DNA of 62,756 bases, the filler included, from Candidatus Coatesbacteria bacterium (GTDB taxonomy: Bacteria; JAFGND01): assembly GCA_016927185.1 (NCBI GenBank). It is 5 parts of 5 records of this genome, joined end to end, with 100 filler letters (N's around TTAATTAATTAA, not from the genome) between each part and the next. Parts side by side here need not be neighbours in the genome. Positions count along the whole stretch, not along the records: positions 1 to 30,772 come from JAFGND010000001.1; 4 more parts are not named here. The stretch is one strand, 5' to 3'. Positions 1 through 8,644 of this stretch are shown here, piece by piece. The notes beneath the pieces were generated by a model. That model saw nothing but the letters and a program-made list of their open reading frames with translations, had not been told where the DNA came from and searched no databases. How positions within the stretch are numbered: position 1 is the first letter of the stretch; every line of letters starts with the position of its first letter. Position numbers and translations under genes: made by a program.

Positions 1-67
1 CCCCTCTCCTTGCAGGAGAGGGGCTAGGGGTGAGGTTTATGCAAAGAGGGGTCAGGGGGCGAGGTTT
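1..67. repeat. REP-like GC-rich palindromic repeat (one full and one degenerate unit)
   Basis: CCCCTCTCC-ttgca-GGAGAGGGG hairpin followed by CTAGGGGTGAGGTTT, then a degenerate copy AGAGGGGTCAGGGGGCGAGGTTT. Much more GC-rich than the surroundings and truncated by the window edge. Confidence 0.6.
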
Positions 68-232
68 GCACTAGATAACCCAGTCCAATAGTCCTTAGGC
101 TATATTATATACCTTCTTAAAATAATCTTGACAAAACTATACAATTGAAGGCTTTACCCCAGCAATGTTAATGAGTTTGATTGCAATAAACAGCAGTTTA
201 TGCTTTTGTAGTTTTTCAGGACATGTATATCA

Positions 233-1627
233 ATGACAATAAAATTTCTTCTTGTAAGACCTGATATAATTGAACATCATCTGGATACAAGGGAATCAGG
301 GAAGAGACTTGGTGAATCAAACCAGCCAATGGGATTGCTTTATCTCGGGACTGTACTCAAGCAAGCGGGTATTGATATACTGATCTGTGACGAGATTGTG
401 GAGGACGATTATTCAAGAATGCTTCAGGAATATGATCCTGATTTTGTAGGAGTGACAATAACTTCACCAATGTGGGACAGGGCAAAAGAGATAGTAAGGG
501 AAGCAAAGATCAAGAACAAGAAGGTTGTCCTTGGCGGTCCTCACATGAATTATAAGCCACAGGAAAGACTTGAGGAAAGCGGGGCTGATTTTGTATGCTA
601 TGGTGAAGGTGAAGAAACAATTGTGGAGATAACGCATAAGAATCCTTCTGATATCCTGGGAATAGCCTACTGGGATAATGGTACTTCAAAACTGAACCCG
701 CCAAGACCAGTCAATAACGATCTGGACAGCATACCAATTCCAGACAGATCCCTGATTGACCTGAACAAGTATCAGAGAGATGAGGAATTTGGCTGGCCTC
801 TTCCCCTGAAGGGACGTCAGATATTCAGGATTTTCTCATCAAGAGGATGCCCTTTCCAGTGCACTTTCTGCGCATCATGGAGAATATTCGGCAGGAAAAT
901 ACGATACAGATCTCCAGAAAACGTGCTTGAGGAAGTCAGGGAATGCAGGGAGAAGTTCGGTGCAGAATATATAATGTTCATTGACGATACATTCACAGAA
1001 GACAGCAAGAGAATGAGAAGCATTTGTGAAGGCTTGAAGCAAATGAACATACACTGGGCATGCTACTCTAGAGTTGGTGTACCAGAGGATGATCTTCGTT
1101 TGATGAAGGAAAGCGGATGCGAAATGATAGGTTTTGGTGTAGAGAATGGCTCAGCTAAGGTTCTTAAAACAATAAAGAAGGCAATAACACCTGCCAGAAT
1201 CGAGGAAACTTTCAAAATATGCCAGAAATTGCGCTTTCCAGTAAAAGCAAACTGGATGGTTGGACTTCCAGATGAAGATGAAAAGGAATTCCGGGAATCT
1301 CTGGAATTTGCAAAAAAACTCAATCCCCCTTTCATAATGCTGAGCATATTGATTCCACTTCCAGGCTCGGAAGTATATGACAAGATGCTTGCTGATCCAG
1401 CTTATCTTCCCGGGATTAACAAGCAGTCTTACTTTCATAGTGATGATCCAGTAATACAGAAAAGGCACAGTACTTTCATAAATGAATACTATATAAGACC
1501 AAGGTATCTGCTTAATATCTGGTATTACAGGAACTTCAGATACTGGAGTATTTATTACAGAATGATAAAGGCTTATTTCATTTACAGAAAAATAGAAAGA
1601 AAGAAAGCAACTGCTGTTTCAAATTAG
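233..1627 (+). CDS. B12-binding domain radical SAM protein
   Basis: N-terminal PMGLLYLGT...VVLGGPH...GEGE cobalamin-binding motifs, SSRGCPFQCTFC (CxxxCxxC), DDTF and GVENGS. Confidence 0.9.
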   Translation: MTIKFLLVRPDIIEHHLDTRESGKRLGESNQPMGLLYLGTVLKQAGIDILICDEIVEDDYSRMLQEYDPDFVGVTITSPMWDRAKEIVREAKIKNKKVVLGGPHMNYKPQERLEESGADFVCYGEGEETIVEITHKNPSDILGIAYWDNGTSKLNPPRPVNNDLDSIPIPDRSLIDLNKYQRDEEFGWPLPLKGRQIFRIFSSRGCPFQCTFCASWRIFGRKIRYRSPENVLEEVRECREKFGAEYIMFIDDTFTEDSKRMRSICEGLKQMNIHWACYSRVGVPEDDLRLMKESGCEMIGFGVENGSAKVLKTIKKAITPARIEETFKICQKLRFPVKANWMVGLPDEDEKEFRESLEFAKKLNPPFIMLSILIPLPGSEVYDKMLADPAYLPGINKQSYFHSDDPVIQKRHSTFINEYYIRPRYLLNIWYYRNFRYWSIYYRMIKAYFIYRKIERKKATAVSN

Positions 1628-1705
1628 TTTTACAGTCTCTGGAAATCATTGTAATAGCAGGGATGATATTTCTGCATTCCTGGAATTTATGAATATAAGG
1701 AATTC

Positions 1706-2863
1706 ATGACAATATTCAGACCCTTTGTACTGAAAAGTGTTGATATCTTCTTTGACACTCTGTCCAGATTGAAGTACAAGAATTTCAACTGGTTCACTGA
1801 ATGGGATATTACAGAAAAATGCAATCTCAAATGCAGGTATTGCTTCCGTCCTCATGTCAAGAAGGAAGCAAGGCATTACAATGAAGATTATCAGAAAAGC
1901 CTCAAGACTATCCTGAAATTGAAACCTAAAGGAATGATTATAACAGGTGGAGAACCTCTCATGGTAGAAAGTTTTCCTTCACTTCTGGAAAAACTGAAGA
2001 AGGAACTCAATCCCAGGATTATTGTTACTACTAATCTGAGTGTATCTGAAAACAGGATAAAAAGCATAATGCCTTATGTAAGCAATTATCATATCTCACT
2101 TGATGGTCTTGGAAAGGTTAATAAAGGCTTACGGGGCTACAGTGGTGATTTGATAATAAATAATATGAGGTTTTTATGGAACAACATAAAAGACTATCAT
2201 GAGAATCCATCAATGATGACATTGACAGTACTTACAAGAGAGAACTGCAGGGAAGAGCATATTGTGCCAATGCTTGAGGCAATAAAGAGCATTGATGCAG
2301 GATTGCTTGCTTCCTTTGCAGTAATGCTGCCAGTTACAGACAGTCTTTCAGTTGCATCAGACAACACTCTTCTTGAAGAAACCAGGGAGCTTCTTCATGA
2401 GCTGAAAAACAGGTATAACATAATAACAGTCGGTTCAATAAACAGGTTATCTGACAAAAAGGAAACTGAAATGACAGCAGTGAAGTGTTACAGGCAATTT
2501 TTCAGATCCCGCATAAAACCTGATGGAAGTATAGTAAACTGCAAGCCAAGTGTCAATATTCCTTACTTCAAATCCCAGTTTCTTGAAGCTCTTTCAAGGA
2601 AGGATTTTTCAGGAATATATAAAGTGCTTAAGAGAATCTACAAGACCATGTTAAGAGATCCTGGCAATCCTCTTTGCCTCCAGCCATGCAAATGCGAGGA
2701 ATTCATTGATACTTTTCTTTTACAAAAGGAGCTTGACATGGAGAACAGGAAGGTTTTCAGGATAATGCTTAATTCCCTTGCTGAAAAAGAAAAGGAAGAA
2801 TCTTTCAGATACATAACTGAAAAGATCAACAAAGGATTCAAAAGGGAGTTACTTGACTGGTGA
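1706..2863 (+). CDS. radical SAM protein with C-terminal Cys cluster (Twitch/SPASM-like)
   Basis: ITEKCNLKCRYC, TGGEPL, ISLDG, C-terminal CYR...IKPDGSIVNC...CLQPCKC. Confidence 0.85.
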   Translation: MTIFRPFVLKSVDIFFDTLSRLKYKNFNWFTEWDITEKCNLKCRYCFRPHVKKEARHYNEDYQKSLKTILKLKPKGMIITGGEPLMVESFPSLLEKLKKELNPRIIVTTNLSVSENRIKSIMPYVSNYHISLDGLGKVNKGLRGYSGDLIINNMRFLWNNIKDYHENPSMMTLTVLTRENCREEHIVPMLEAIKSIDAGLLASFAVMLPVTDSLSVASDNTLLEETRELLHELKNRYNIITVGSINRLSDKKETEMTAVKCYRQFFRSRIKPDGSIVNCKPSVNIPYFKSQFLEALSRKDFSGIYKVLKRIYKTMLRDPGNPLCLQPCKCEEFIDTFLLQKELDMENRKVFRIMLNSLAEKEKEESFRYITEKINKGFKRELLDW

Positions 2864-2865
2864 TA

Positions 2866-2895
2866 CAGAAAGGGAGGTTAAGCACCTCCCTTCTG
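2866..2895. terminator. bidirectional intrinsic terminator
   Basis: CAGAAAGGGAGGT-taagc-ACCTCCCTTCTG hairpin between convergent genes. Confidence 0.75.
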
Positions 2896-2896
2896 A

Positions 2897-4087
2897 TTAC
2901 TTTAGTTTCACTATTCTTAATGATTCCCTTCCGGATGTTATTATATATACTCCCTCTGACCATTCATCAGTCTTAATCTCGTTTTTCCCTTTCTTGAGAC
3001 TAACTATTAATTGACCAGTAATGGAATAGATAAATCCTTCTTCTGCAACAGATATAGTTACTCTGTTTTTGAATGGAACCGGATAAGCAGCAATCCTGTT
3101 TTGTGGTAATGCCATTCCTGCATTTTCTTCTTTTAAACCCACGGTATCCGACGGATACCAGGCTACTGCTCATATTCGTTGCGTATGACCGGTAAAGGTT
3201 CTCAGGCATGTACCATCTGAAATGCGCCACAATTTTATTGTCTTGTCCCAGCTTGCTGATAATGCATAAGCAGTATCAGGAGAAATGACAACAGGACATA
3301 TGTTATCTGTATGTCCAGTCCATGTTCTGATGCATGTTCCATCTGATATTCTCCAATGCTTTATTGTCCTGTCACTACTTGTAGAAAGTGCTTCCTGTGC
3401 ATTCGGGAAGAAAGTCACAGTCCTTACCCAGTTAGTATGTCCTGTGAAAGTCCTGAGACATGTTCCATCAGATATTCTCCAATACTTCATGGTCTTGTCG
3501 AGACTTCCTGATAATGCATAAATGCCATCATATGAAATATCAACAGTGCCAACCCAGTCAGTATGACCTGTGAAAGTTCTTATGCAAGTGCCATTAGATA
3601 TTTGCCAGTACTTCAAGGTTTTATCTTCACTGCCTGAAAGTACATATTGTTCATCTGGAGACAGCTTTATTGATCTCACTCCATCTGTATGACCTGTAAA
3701 GGTTCTTATGCAAGTACCATCAGACAATCTCCAGTGCTTGATGGTATTGTCGAAAGCACATGACAGAGCATATTCCTCGTTCCTGAAAACCTCGACACCG
3801 TAAATCTGATCCGTATGTCCAGTATATGTTCTCAATACTACTCCGTCATATACCCTCCACATCTTCAATGTATAATCCCAGCTTCCTGTCAGCATCTTGT
3901 AGCCGTCATCTATTATTTTCAAAGCCCTGACATTTTCATCATGACCTTTGTAGGTTTTCAGACAGACTCCATCAGAAATTCTCCATAATTTCATGGTACT
4001 GTCTGCACAACCTGATATGAAATAGACGGGCAATGTAGCTGACAAGAAAGACATTGTGATAATAATCAGTAAAATAATCATTTTCAT
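2897..4087 (-). CDS. secreted 7-bladed WD40 protein with T9SS-like C-terminal domain and an in-frame TGA at 3170-3172
   Basis: Start ATG at 4087 behind AAGGAGG, signal peptide and seven GH...W repeats. ORFs 3170..4183 and 2897..3142 are in the same frame and separated only by one TGA (GHTQRI*AVAWYPSDTVGLKEEN...YPVPF...YSITGQL...GVYII...IVKLK). Confidence 0.85.
3143..3159 (-). promoter_or_regulatory. candidate bacterial SECIS or readthrough hairpin
   Basis: GGUAUCC-GUC-GGAUACC starts 10 nt after the in-frame UGA and has GU at the start of the apical loop. Confidence 0.45.
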
Positions 4088-4287
4088 ATACAATCCTCCT
4101 TTCATGTAAAAATTGCAGCGTGGTATTTCAATGCAATTTATTTTGTCAAGAAAGCTCTTCAAGTAGAAAATAATGCAATCCATAAGTCTTATAAAGATTT
4201 ACAGCGGTTTTCTTTCATTGGCTTGACAATAATGTTGCTATCTAAGAACTTAGCACTGTTGAATTAATGGAAGTAAAGGAGGTAGCG

Positions 4288-4572
4288 ATGGACGAACCTG
4301 TCTTTAATGTACAAGTCACTAAAGCAGAACCTCTTGAGTCTATTCGTTTTATTATTGATGATTTTATTGAAAAGCGTCTTACCTTTTGTGTTGATGGATC
4401 TGGAGATAAATGGGTTATCTGGAGGGAAGCATTGATTACTGACAGCAGCCAGATAATAAGAAGAAGCGGTTATCCAAAGAGACCAAAAATAGTCTTTATA
4501 AGGGGCAAGCAAGTCTCTGATATAGGTCCTGATGAAATAATTGCCTTGCTAGCAGCTCAGCAACCAGGTTAA
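4288..4572 (+). CDS. hypothetical protein
   Basis: ORF with AAGGAGG RBS before ATG 4288, TTGACA at 4223 and a terminator after the stop. Confidence 0.7.
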   Translation: MDEPVFNVQVTKAEPLESIRFIIDDFIEKRLTFCVDGSGDKWVIWREALITDSSQIIRRSGYPKRPKIVFIRGKQVSDIGPDEIIALLAAQQPG

Positions 4573-4579
4573 TGATAAT

Positions 4580-4601
4580 AAGCCTTCTTTGAAGAAGGCT
4601 T
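4580..4601. terminator. bidirectional intrinsic terminator
   Basis: Perfect AAGCCTTCT-ttga-AGAAGGCTT hairpin between convergent genes. Confidence 0.75.
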
Positions 4602-5446
4602 TAAAAAACCTCCAGTGTTATTCCAAAACCAGTCAGATTTTTTTTCAATGATTCTGTGAAAATGCTTTTGAAATTGCTCTCTGGAACAAGAAACCTTGTT
4701 GAAGAAAGATTACTTGAAATGTATCTGGCAAAAAAACCTGAAAACAAGCCTCCAGTAATATAGAATATTTTATCCTCGGTAATATTTCCAAGAAAGTAAG
4801 ATGGCATTTCATTTTCGCAGACAAGATATTCTGGACTCAAAAGTATCTTGAGATTTGCATTTTTCTCAAGCAGTCTTCTCATCCTTTCATCAGGAATGTC
4901 CTTTATGAAAACATATGCCATTTCACAATCTTCTGTTTTCAGGTGAAGTTTCTGAATAATCTCTTCATTCAATAAGTCTGCTTTCAGGAAAACCGAAGGT
5001 GGATTGGAAATATTTCTGTCTGCGTTCTTTTCAAGATCATTCAAGAAGTCTCCAAGAGATGGACTGCCAAGTTCCAGCATTGTAACAATATTTTCGTAGC
5101 TGATTATTTCCTTGAAACCTATTCCTGTGAAGATGACTGTATTGTCAGGCTTTGTGAAAACAAGAATATGCGTTCTCCCTCTTTCATACAATTCCTGGAC
5201 AAGTGCAGTAAGTATCTCTGCGCCAAGACCTTCGCTTTGATAATCAGGACTTATACCTATGCATTTTATAATATTTCCCTGAAATGAGCCTGTTCCAATT
5301 ATTTCTTCGCACTCTTCCAGCATTATAACTATTGTATATTCAACACTACGTTCATATTTCAAGTTCAACATGCCGAGAAAGGCAGCCACTTGATTTATAC
5401 TGTTTTCGTCAGTTCTGTCAATTATTCTCAAAAAACTTCCGTACAT
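4601..5446 (-). CDS. CitC-like protein (GNAT N-terminal domain of citrate lyase ligase, degenerate C-terminal domain)
   Basis: IIGTGSFQGNIIKCIGISPDYQSEGLG...HILVFTKP matches the CitC N-terminus. The NANPFTxGH motif is not recognisable. Confidence 0.7.
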   Translation of the reverse strand: MYGSFLRIIDRTDENSINQVAAFLGMLNLKYERSVEYTIVIMLEECEEIIGTGSFQGNIIKCIGISPDYQSEGLGAEILTALVQELYERGRTHILVFTKPDNTVIFTGIGFKEIISYENIVTMLELGSPSLGDFLNDLEKNADRNISNPPSVFLKADLLNEEIIQKLHLKTEDCEMAYVFIKDIPDERMRRLLEKNANLKILLSPEYLVCENEMPSYFLGNITEDKIFYITGGLFSGFFARYISSNLSSTRFLVPESNFKSIFTESLKKNLTGFGITLEVF

Positions 5447-5954
5447 TAAATCTCTCTTGAAATTTCATCAAAACAACTTCGGATTTCCTTAAAGGAATGC
5501 TTACCGATTCTTCTGCAAGTTAAATAATCATCTCCGCAAACAATGCAAGTCCTTCCAGTATTTCCAAGATCTTCCCTTGATATCCTATTATGGTTATTAT
5601 CAAATACATCAAGATCAATGATCCTTCCAAATTGCAGATTGTTCTCCCAGTTTATGCAAATTGACTTGAGTTCTGTTGCATCAAGATTGACAGGTACATG
5701 CCATTCCCAGCCATCTTCCTCTTCAACGCAAATAGAGAATTCCCTTTTCAGTTTTTTCCCGGACATCAAGCTGTATAGTTTTTTTTTATGCTGAAAAAAA
5801 CATTTGTAAGATCAGGACTTCTCTTTGGAAGCCCTGGAATATTCATATGCAGGACAAGAAGCGTTGTTTTCGTTTCCGAAATTATTTCCTTCTGAAGATT
5901 TGCTCTCTTGTCTCTTGCTTCAAGTATTTTTTTTATGTGGAATCGCTTATCCAT
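5446..5954 (-). CDS. citX: citrate lyase holo-ACP synthase CitX, frameshifted at an A9 run
   Basis: The N-half (ILEARDKRA...MNIPG) and C-half (LKSICINWE...GRIIDLDV...ISREDLG...RTCIVCG...CRR...H) are in different frames. One extra A in the run at 5779-5787 joins them. Confidence 0.8.
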
Positions 5955-7087
5955 AATCCGAATTCATCAACAGATTCAGGCTTGTATAGTTGTGAAACGC
6001 TACCGCTAGTATGAATTTCATATATGGCTTGTGCAATGAGCTTTGAAATAGTAAGCTCACAATACCAGGGAGCGTATTTTACATAATTGGGTTGTGGAAT
6101 TGCATCTGTTCCTATAAGCAGTTTTAAAGGACCATTCCCATTATCATATAGCCTCTGCATCCGTTCTACACCATTCCCGACAAGGGTGGCAAATGTGCAG
6201 GCTGCTATTATGTCCAGAGCTCCGTATTCTGCTATGCAGTCTATAACCTTCTCTATAGTTCCCCCTGTTCCAACTATATCATCTACAATTGCAATATGAT
6301 ATCCCTTGACATTTCCCAGTATTTTCAATACAAGATCACCTGTTGCATGTTCTCTTGTCTTGTATCCCATTATAAGCGGAACATTGAGTTTCCTGGCAAA
6401 ATTGGTTCCCTTCTTTGCAGCACCAGGATCAGGGCCTCCAATCTTGTATTCCTTGTTCTCTCCAATCACTTCCTTTAGCTTGTGAATAATGAGTGGCGAG
6501 GCATACATGTGCTCAACCTTGGTCAACTTTGGATTAAAGAAGCCGATTATCTGATCCGCATGCAAATCCATTGTTATTATCCTGTCAATACATGCAGTTT
6601 CGAACATTTTTGCCACGAATGCAGCAGGAATACCATCCTTGGCATGCTGCTTGTCACCTCTTGCATAAGGATAATATGGCATAATAAGAGTTATGAATGC
6701 AGCTCCTGCGAATTTCAAGGATGATGCAAACAAACACGACTCCATTAAATTTTCATTGAGATTATTGCCACTGTCAGGTGTGAAATGATGATGTACTATG
6801 AAAACATCCTTGTCCCTCACATTAACGTCAGCCATTATCTGGGGATCCATCTCTCCCTCACCAAAATGCTTTTTTTCATATTGTTCAAGCTTTAACCCAC
6901 AATTTTTTTCTGATTGCTCCCCGAATTCCATCACCTTGCGTTCCTGAAGCGAAAGTTCCTTCCATGCCCTGTTTTGAAGTGCTTTGTAATTATATACAAC
7001 AATCTCCTCAAGACAATGGCATATCTTTTCACCAAGTTCTTTTGCAGTACTTGTCGCAAACAATGCAAATTCTCCTCTTGGATTCAT
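5933..7087 (-). CDS. prs: ribose-phosphate pyrophosphokinase
   Basis: MPYYPYARGDK, TMDLHADQIIGFF, PDPGA and IVDDIVGTGGT. Start ATG 7087 behind AAGGAGG. Confidence 0.92.
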   Translation of the reverse strand: MNPRGEFALFATSTAKELGEKICHCLEEIVVYNYKALQNRAWKELSLQERKVMEFGEQSEKNCGLKLEQYEKKHFGEGEMDPQIMADVNVRDKDVFIVHHHFTPDSGNNLNENLMESCLFASSLKFAGAAFITLIMPYYPYARGDKQHAKDGIPAAFVAKMFETACIDRIITMDLHADQIIGFFNPKLTKVEHMYASPLIIHKLKEVIGENKEYKIGGPDPGAAKKGTNFARKLNVPLIMGYKTREHATGDLVLKILGNVKGYHIAIVDDIVGTGGTIEKVIDCIAEYGALDIIAACTFATLVGNGVERMQRLYDNGNGPLKLLIGTDAIPQPNYVKYAPWYCELTISKLIAQAIYEIHTSGSVSQLYKPESVDEFGLWISDST

Positions 7088-7116
7088 TATCCCTCCTTGA
7101 AAACCTCCATGCATTG

Positions 7117-7151
7117 AATTGACTGATAGTTGTCAAACATCTCAGTCAATT
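7117..7151. promoter_or_regulatory. 10-bp inverted repeat straddling the prs -35 element
   Basis: AATTGACTGA-N15-TCAGTCAATT. The spacer contains TTGACA on the minus strand (7131-7136). Confidence 0.5.
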
Positions 7152-7303
7152 GCACAGACAAGAAAAATGGAAACTTTTGGCAAGAAAAAAACTCAGGAAG
7201 CTTATCAAGTCAATTATTCTATAAATTCATTAATGGAAAATGCTTCAGGTTTTTTTGGTATCTTTGCTTGACTCTGAATTGCATTTTCAAGTATTTGTTA
7301 CTC

Positions 7304-8632
7304 ATGCAAATTTATTCCACTGATATGTACAGGAAAGCACTTTCTTGCATTTCCATACTGAGGAATAATGGATTCAAGGCATATCTTGCAGGTGGATGTG
7401 TAAGGGACATGCTTCTTGGAATTGAACCAATGGATTATGATATTGCTACTGATGCAAAACCTGATCAGATAGGTAAAATATTCAAGGAAGCCGTCCTTAC
7501 ATGGGGACATCTTGGTGTTGTAATCTTGCCCTACAGAAAGAACAGATTCGAAATCACGACTTTCAGGGGGGATGGTGAATATGATGATGCAAGACACCCA
7601 GTTAATGTTGTCTTCACCAATGAACAGGAAGATGCACAAAGACGTGATTTCACAATAAACGGGATATTTTATGATACTGAAAATGACAAGATAATTGACT
7701 ATGTTAATGGACAGGAGGATCTGAAAAACGGAATAATAAGGGCAATAGGCAATCCAGAAGACAGATTTAATGAGGATCATTTGAGGATAATCAGAGCTAT
7801 TCGATTTGCAGCAAGATTTGGATTCTGTATTGAGAAAGATACTTATAATGCAATCCTGAAATACGCTGACAAGATAGAGACAGTAAGCAACGAACGCATT
7901 TATATGGAACTTACCAAAATTCTTGTTGCTGAGAATGCAGTTGCAGCTTTTGAACTTCTATTTGAAACCAGGATACTTGAAAAAATTCTTAAAGAAGTTC
8001 ATGCATTGAAGGGAGTCAGGCAACCTCCCGAATTTCATCCTGAAGGTGATGTCTGGGATCATACAATGCTTATGCTTAGAAATCTGGGGAAAACTGATAA
8101 ACCTGTACTTGCATGGGCAGTACTCCTGCATGATATAGGAAAGCCTGCTACATACATGGAGACTGACAGGATAAGATTCAATGAACATTCAAGGATAGGA
8201 TCACACATGGCAAGTGATATCTTAAGGAGGTTTCACTGCCCTAACAAAGACAGGGAAACAATTATCTCCCTTATTGATCAACACATGAAATTCATGGCAG
8301 TGAAGGAAATGAGATTAAGTACTCTCAAGAGGTTTTTAAGGCAGGATGATTTTGACTTGCATCTTGAACTTCATAGACTGGATTGCATTTCAAGCCATTC
8401 GAAACTGGATAATTATGACTTCACAATCAGAATGATAAAAGAACTTGCAAAAGAAACTGCAGATTTAAAACCTAAACTTCTTGTTAATGGGGATGATCTT
8501 ATAGAGCTGGGTTTTAAACCAGGACCTCTGTTCAAGGATATATTACGGAGTATTGAAGATGAACAGCTGGAAGGTAATCTTGTTGACAGGGAAAATGCAA
8601 TTGATTGGATTAAAAAAAGATACTTAAGATAA
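7304..8632 (+). CDS. cca: CCA tRNA nucleotidyltransferase with HD domain
   Basis: AYLAGGCVRDMLLG...DYDIAT, EITTFR, DAQRRDFTING, EDHLRIIRAIRF and LLHDIGKP. Likely start ATG 7304. Confidence 0.9.
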   Translation: MQIYSTDMYRKALSCISILRNNGFKAYLAGGCVRDMLLGIEPMDYDIATDAKPDQIGKIFKEAVLTWGHLGVVILPYRKNRFEITTFRGDGEYDDARHPVNVVFTNEQEDAQRRDFTINGIFYDTENDKIIDYVNGQEDLKNGIIRAIGNPEDRFNEDHLRIIRAIRFAARFGFCIEKDTYNAILKYADKIETVSNERIYMELTKILVAENAVAAFELLFETRILEKILKEVHALKGVRQPPEFHPEGDVWDHTMLMLRNLGKTDKPVLAWAVLLHDIGKPATYMETDRIRFNEHSRIGSHMASDILRRFHCPNKDRETIISLIDQHMKFMAVKEMRLSTLKRFLRQDDFDLHLELHRLDCISSHSKLDNYDFTIRMIKELAKETADLKPKLLVNGDDLIELGFKPGPLFKDILRSIEDEQLEGNLVDRENAIDWIKKRYLR

Positions 8633-8644
8633 GGAGCTTTCTTT

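Noticed and set aside
3170-3172. Genome-wide UGA reassignment (code 4 or 25) as the explanation for the WD40 TGA
   Set aside because: TGA ends queA at its normal C-terminus and forms an ATGA stop/start overlap at 34846-34849. No other conserved gene here shows an internal TGA.
3170-4087. WD40/PQQ nucleotide repeats as a DGR or CRISPR-like array
   Set aside because: The repeats follow protein blade periodicity and diverge at all four bases. There is no reverse transcriptase or cas gene in the window.
4250-4276. CIRCE-like TTAGCACT half site
   Set aside because: The second arm (GAGTGCTAA) is missing and the downstream gene is not a chaperone.
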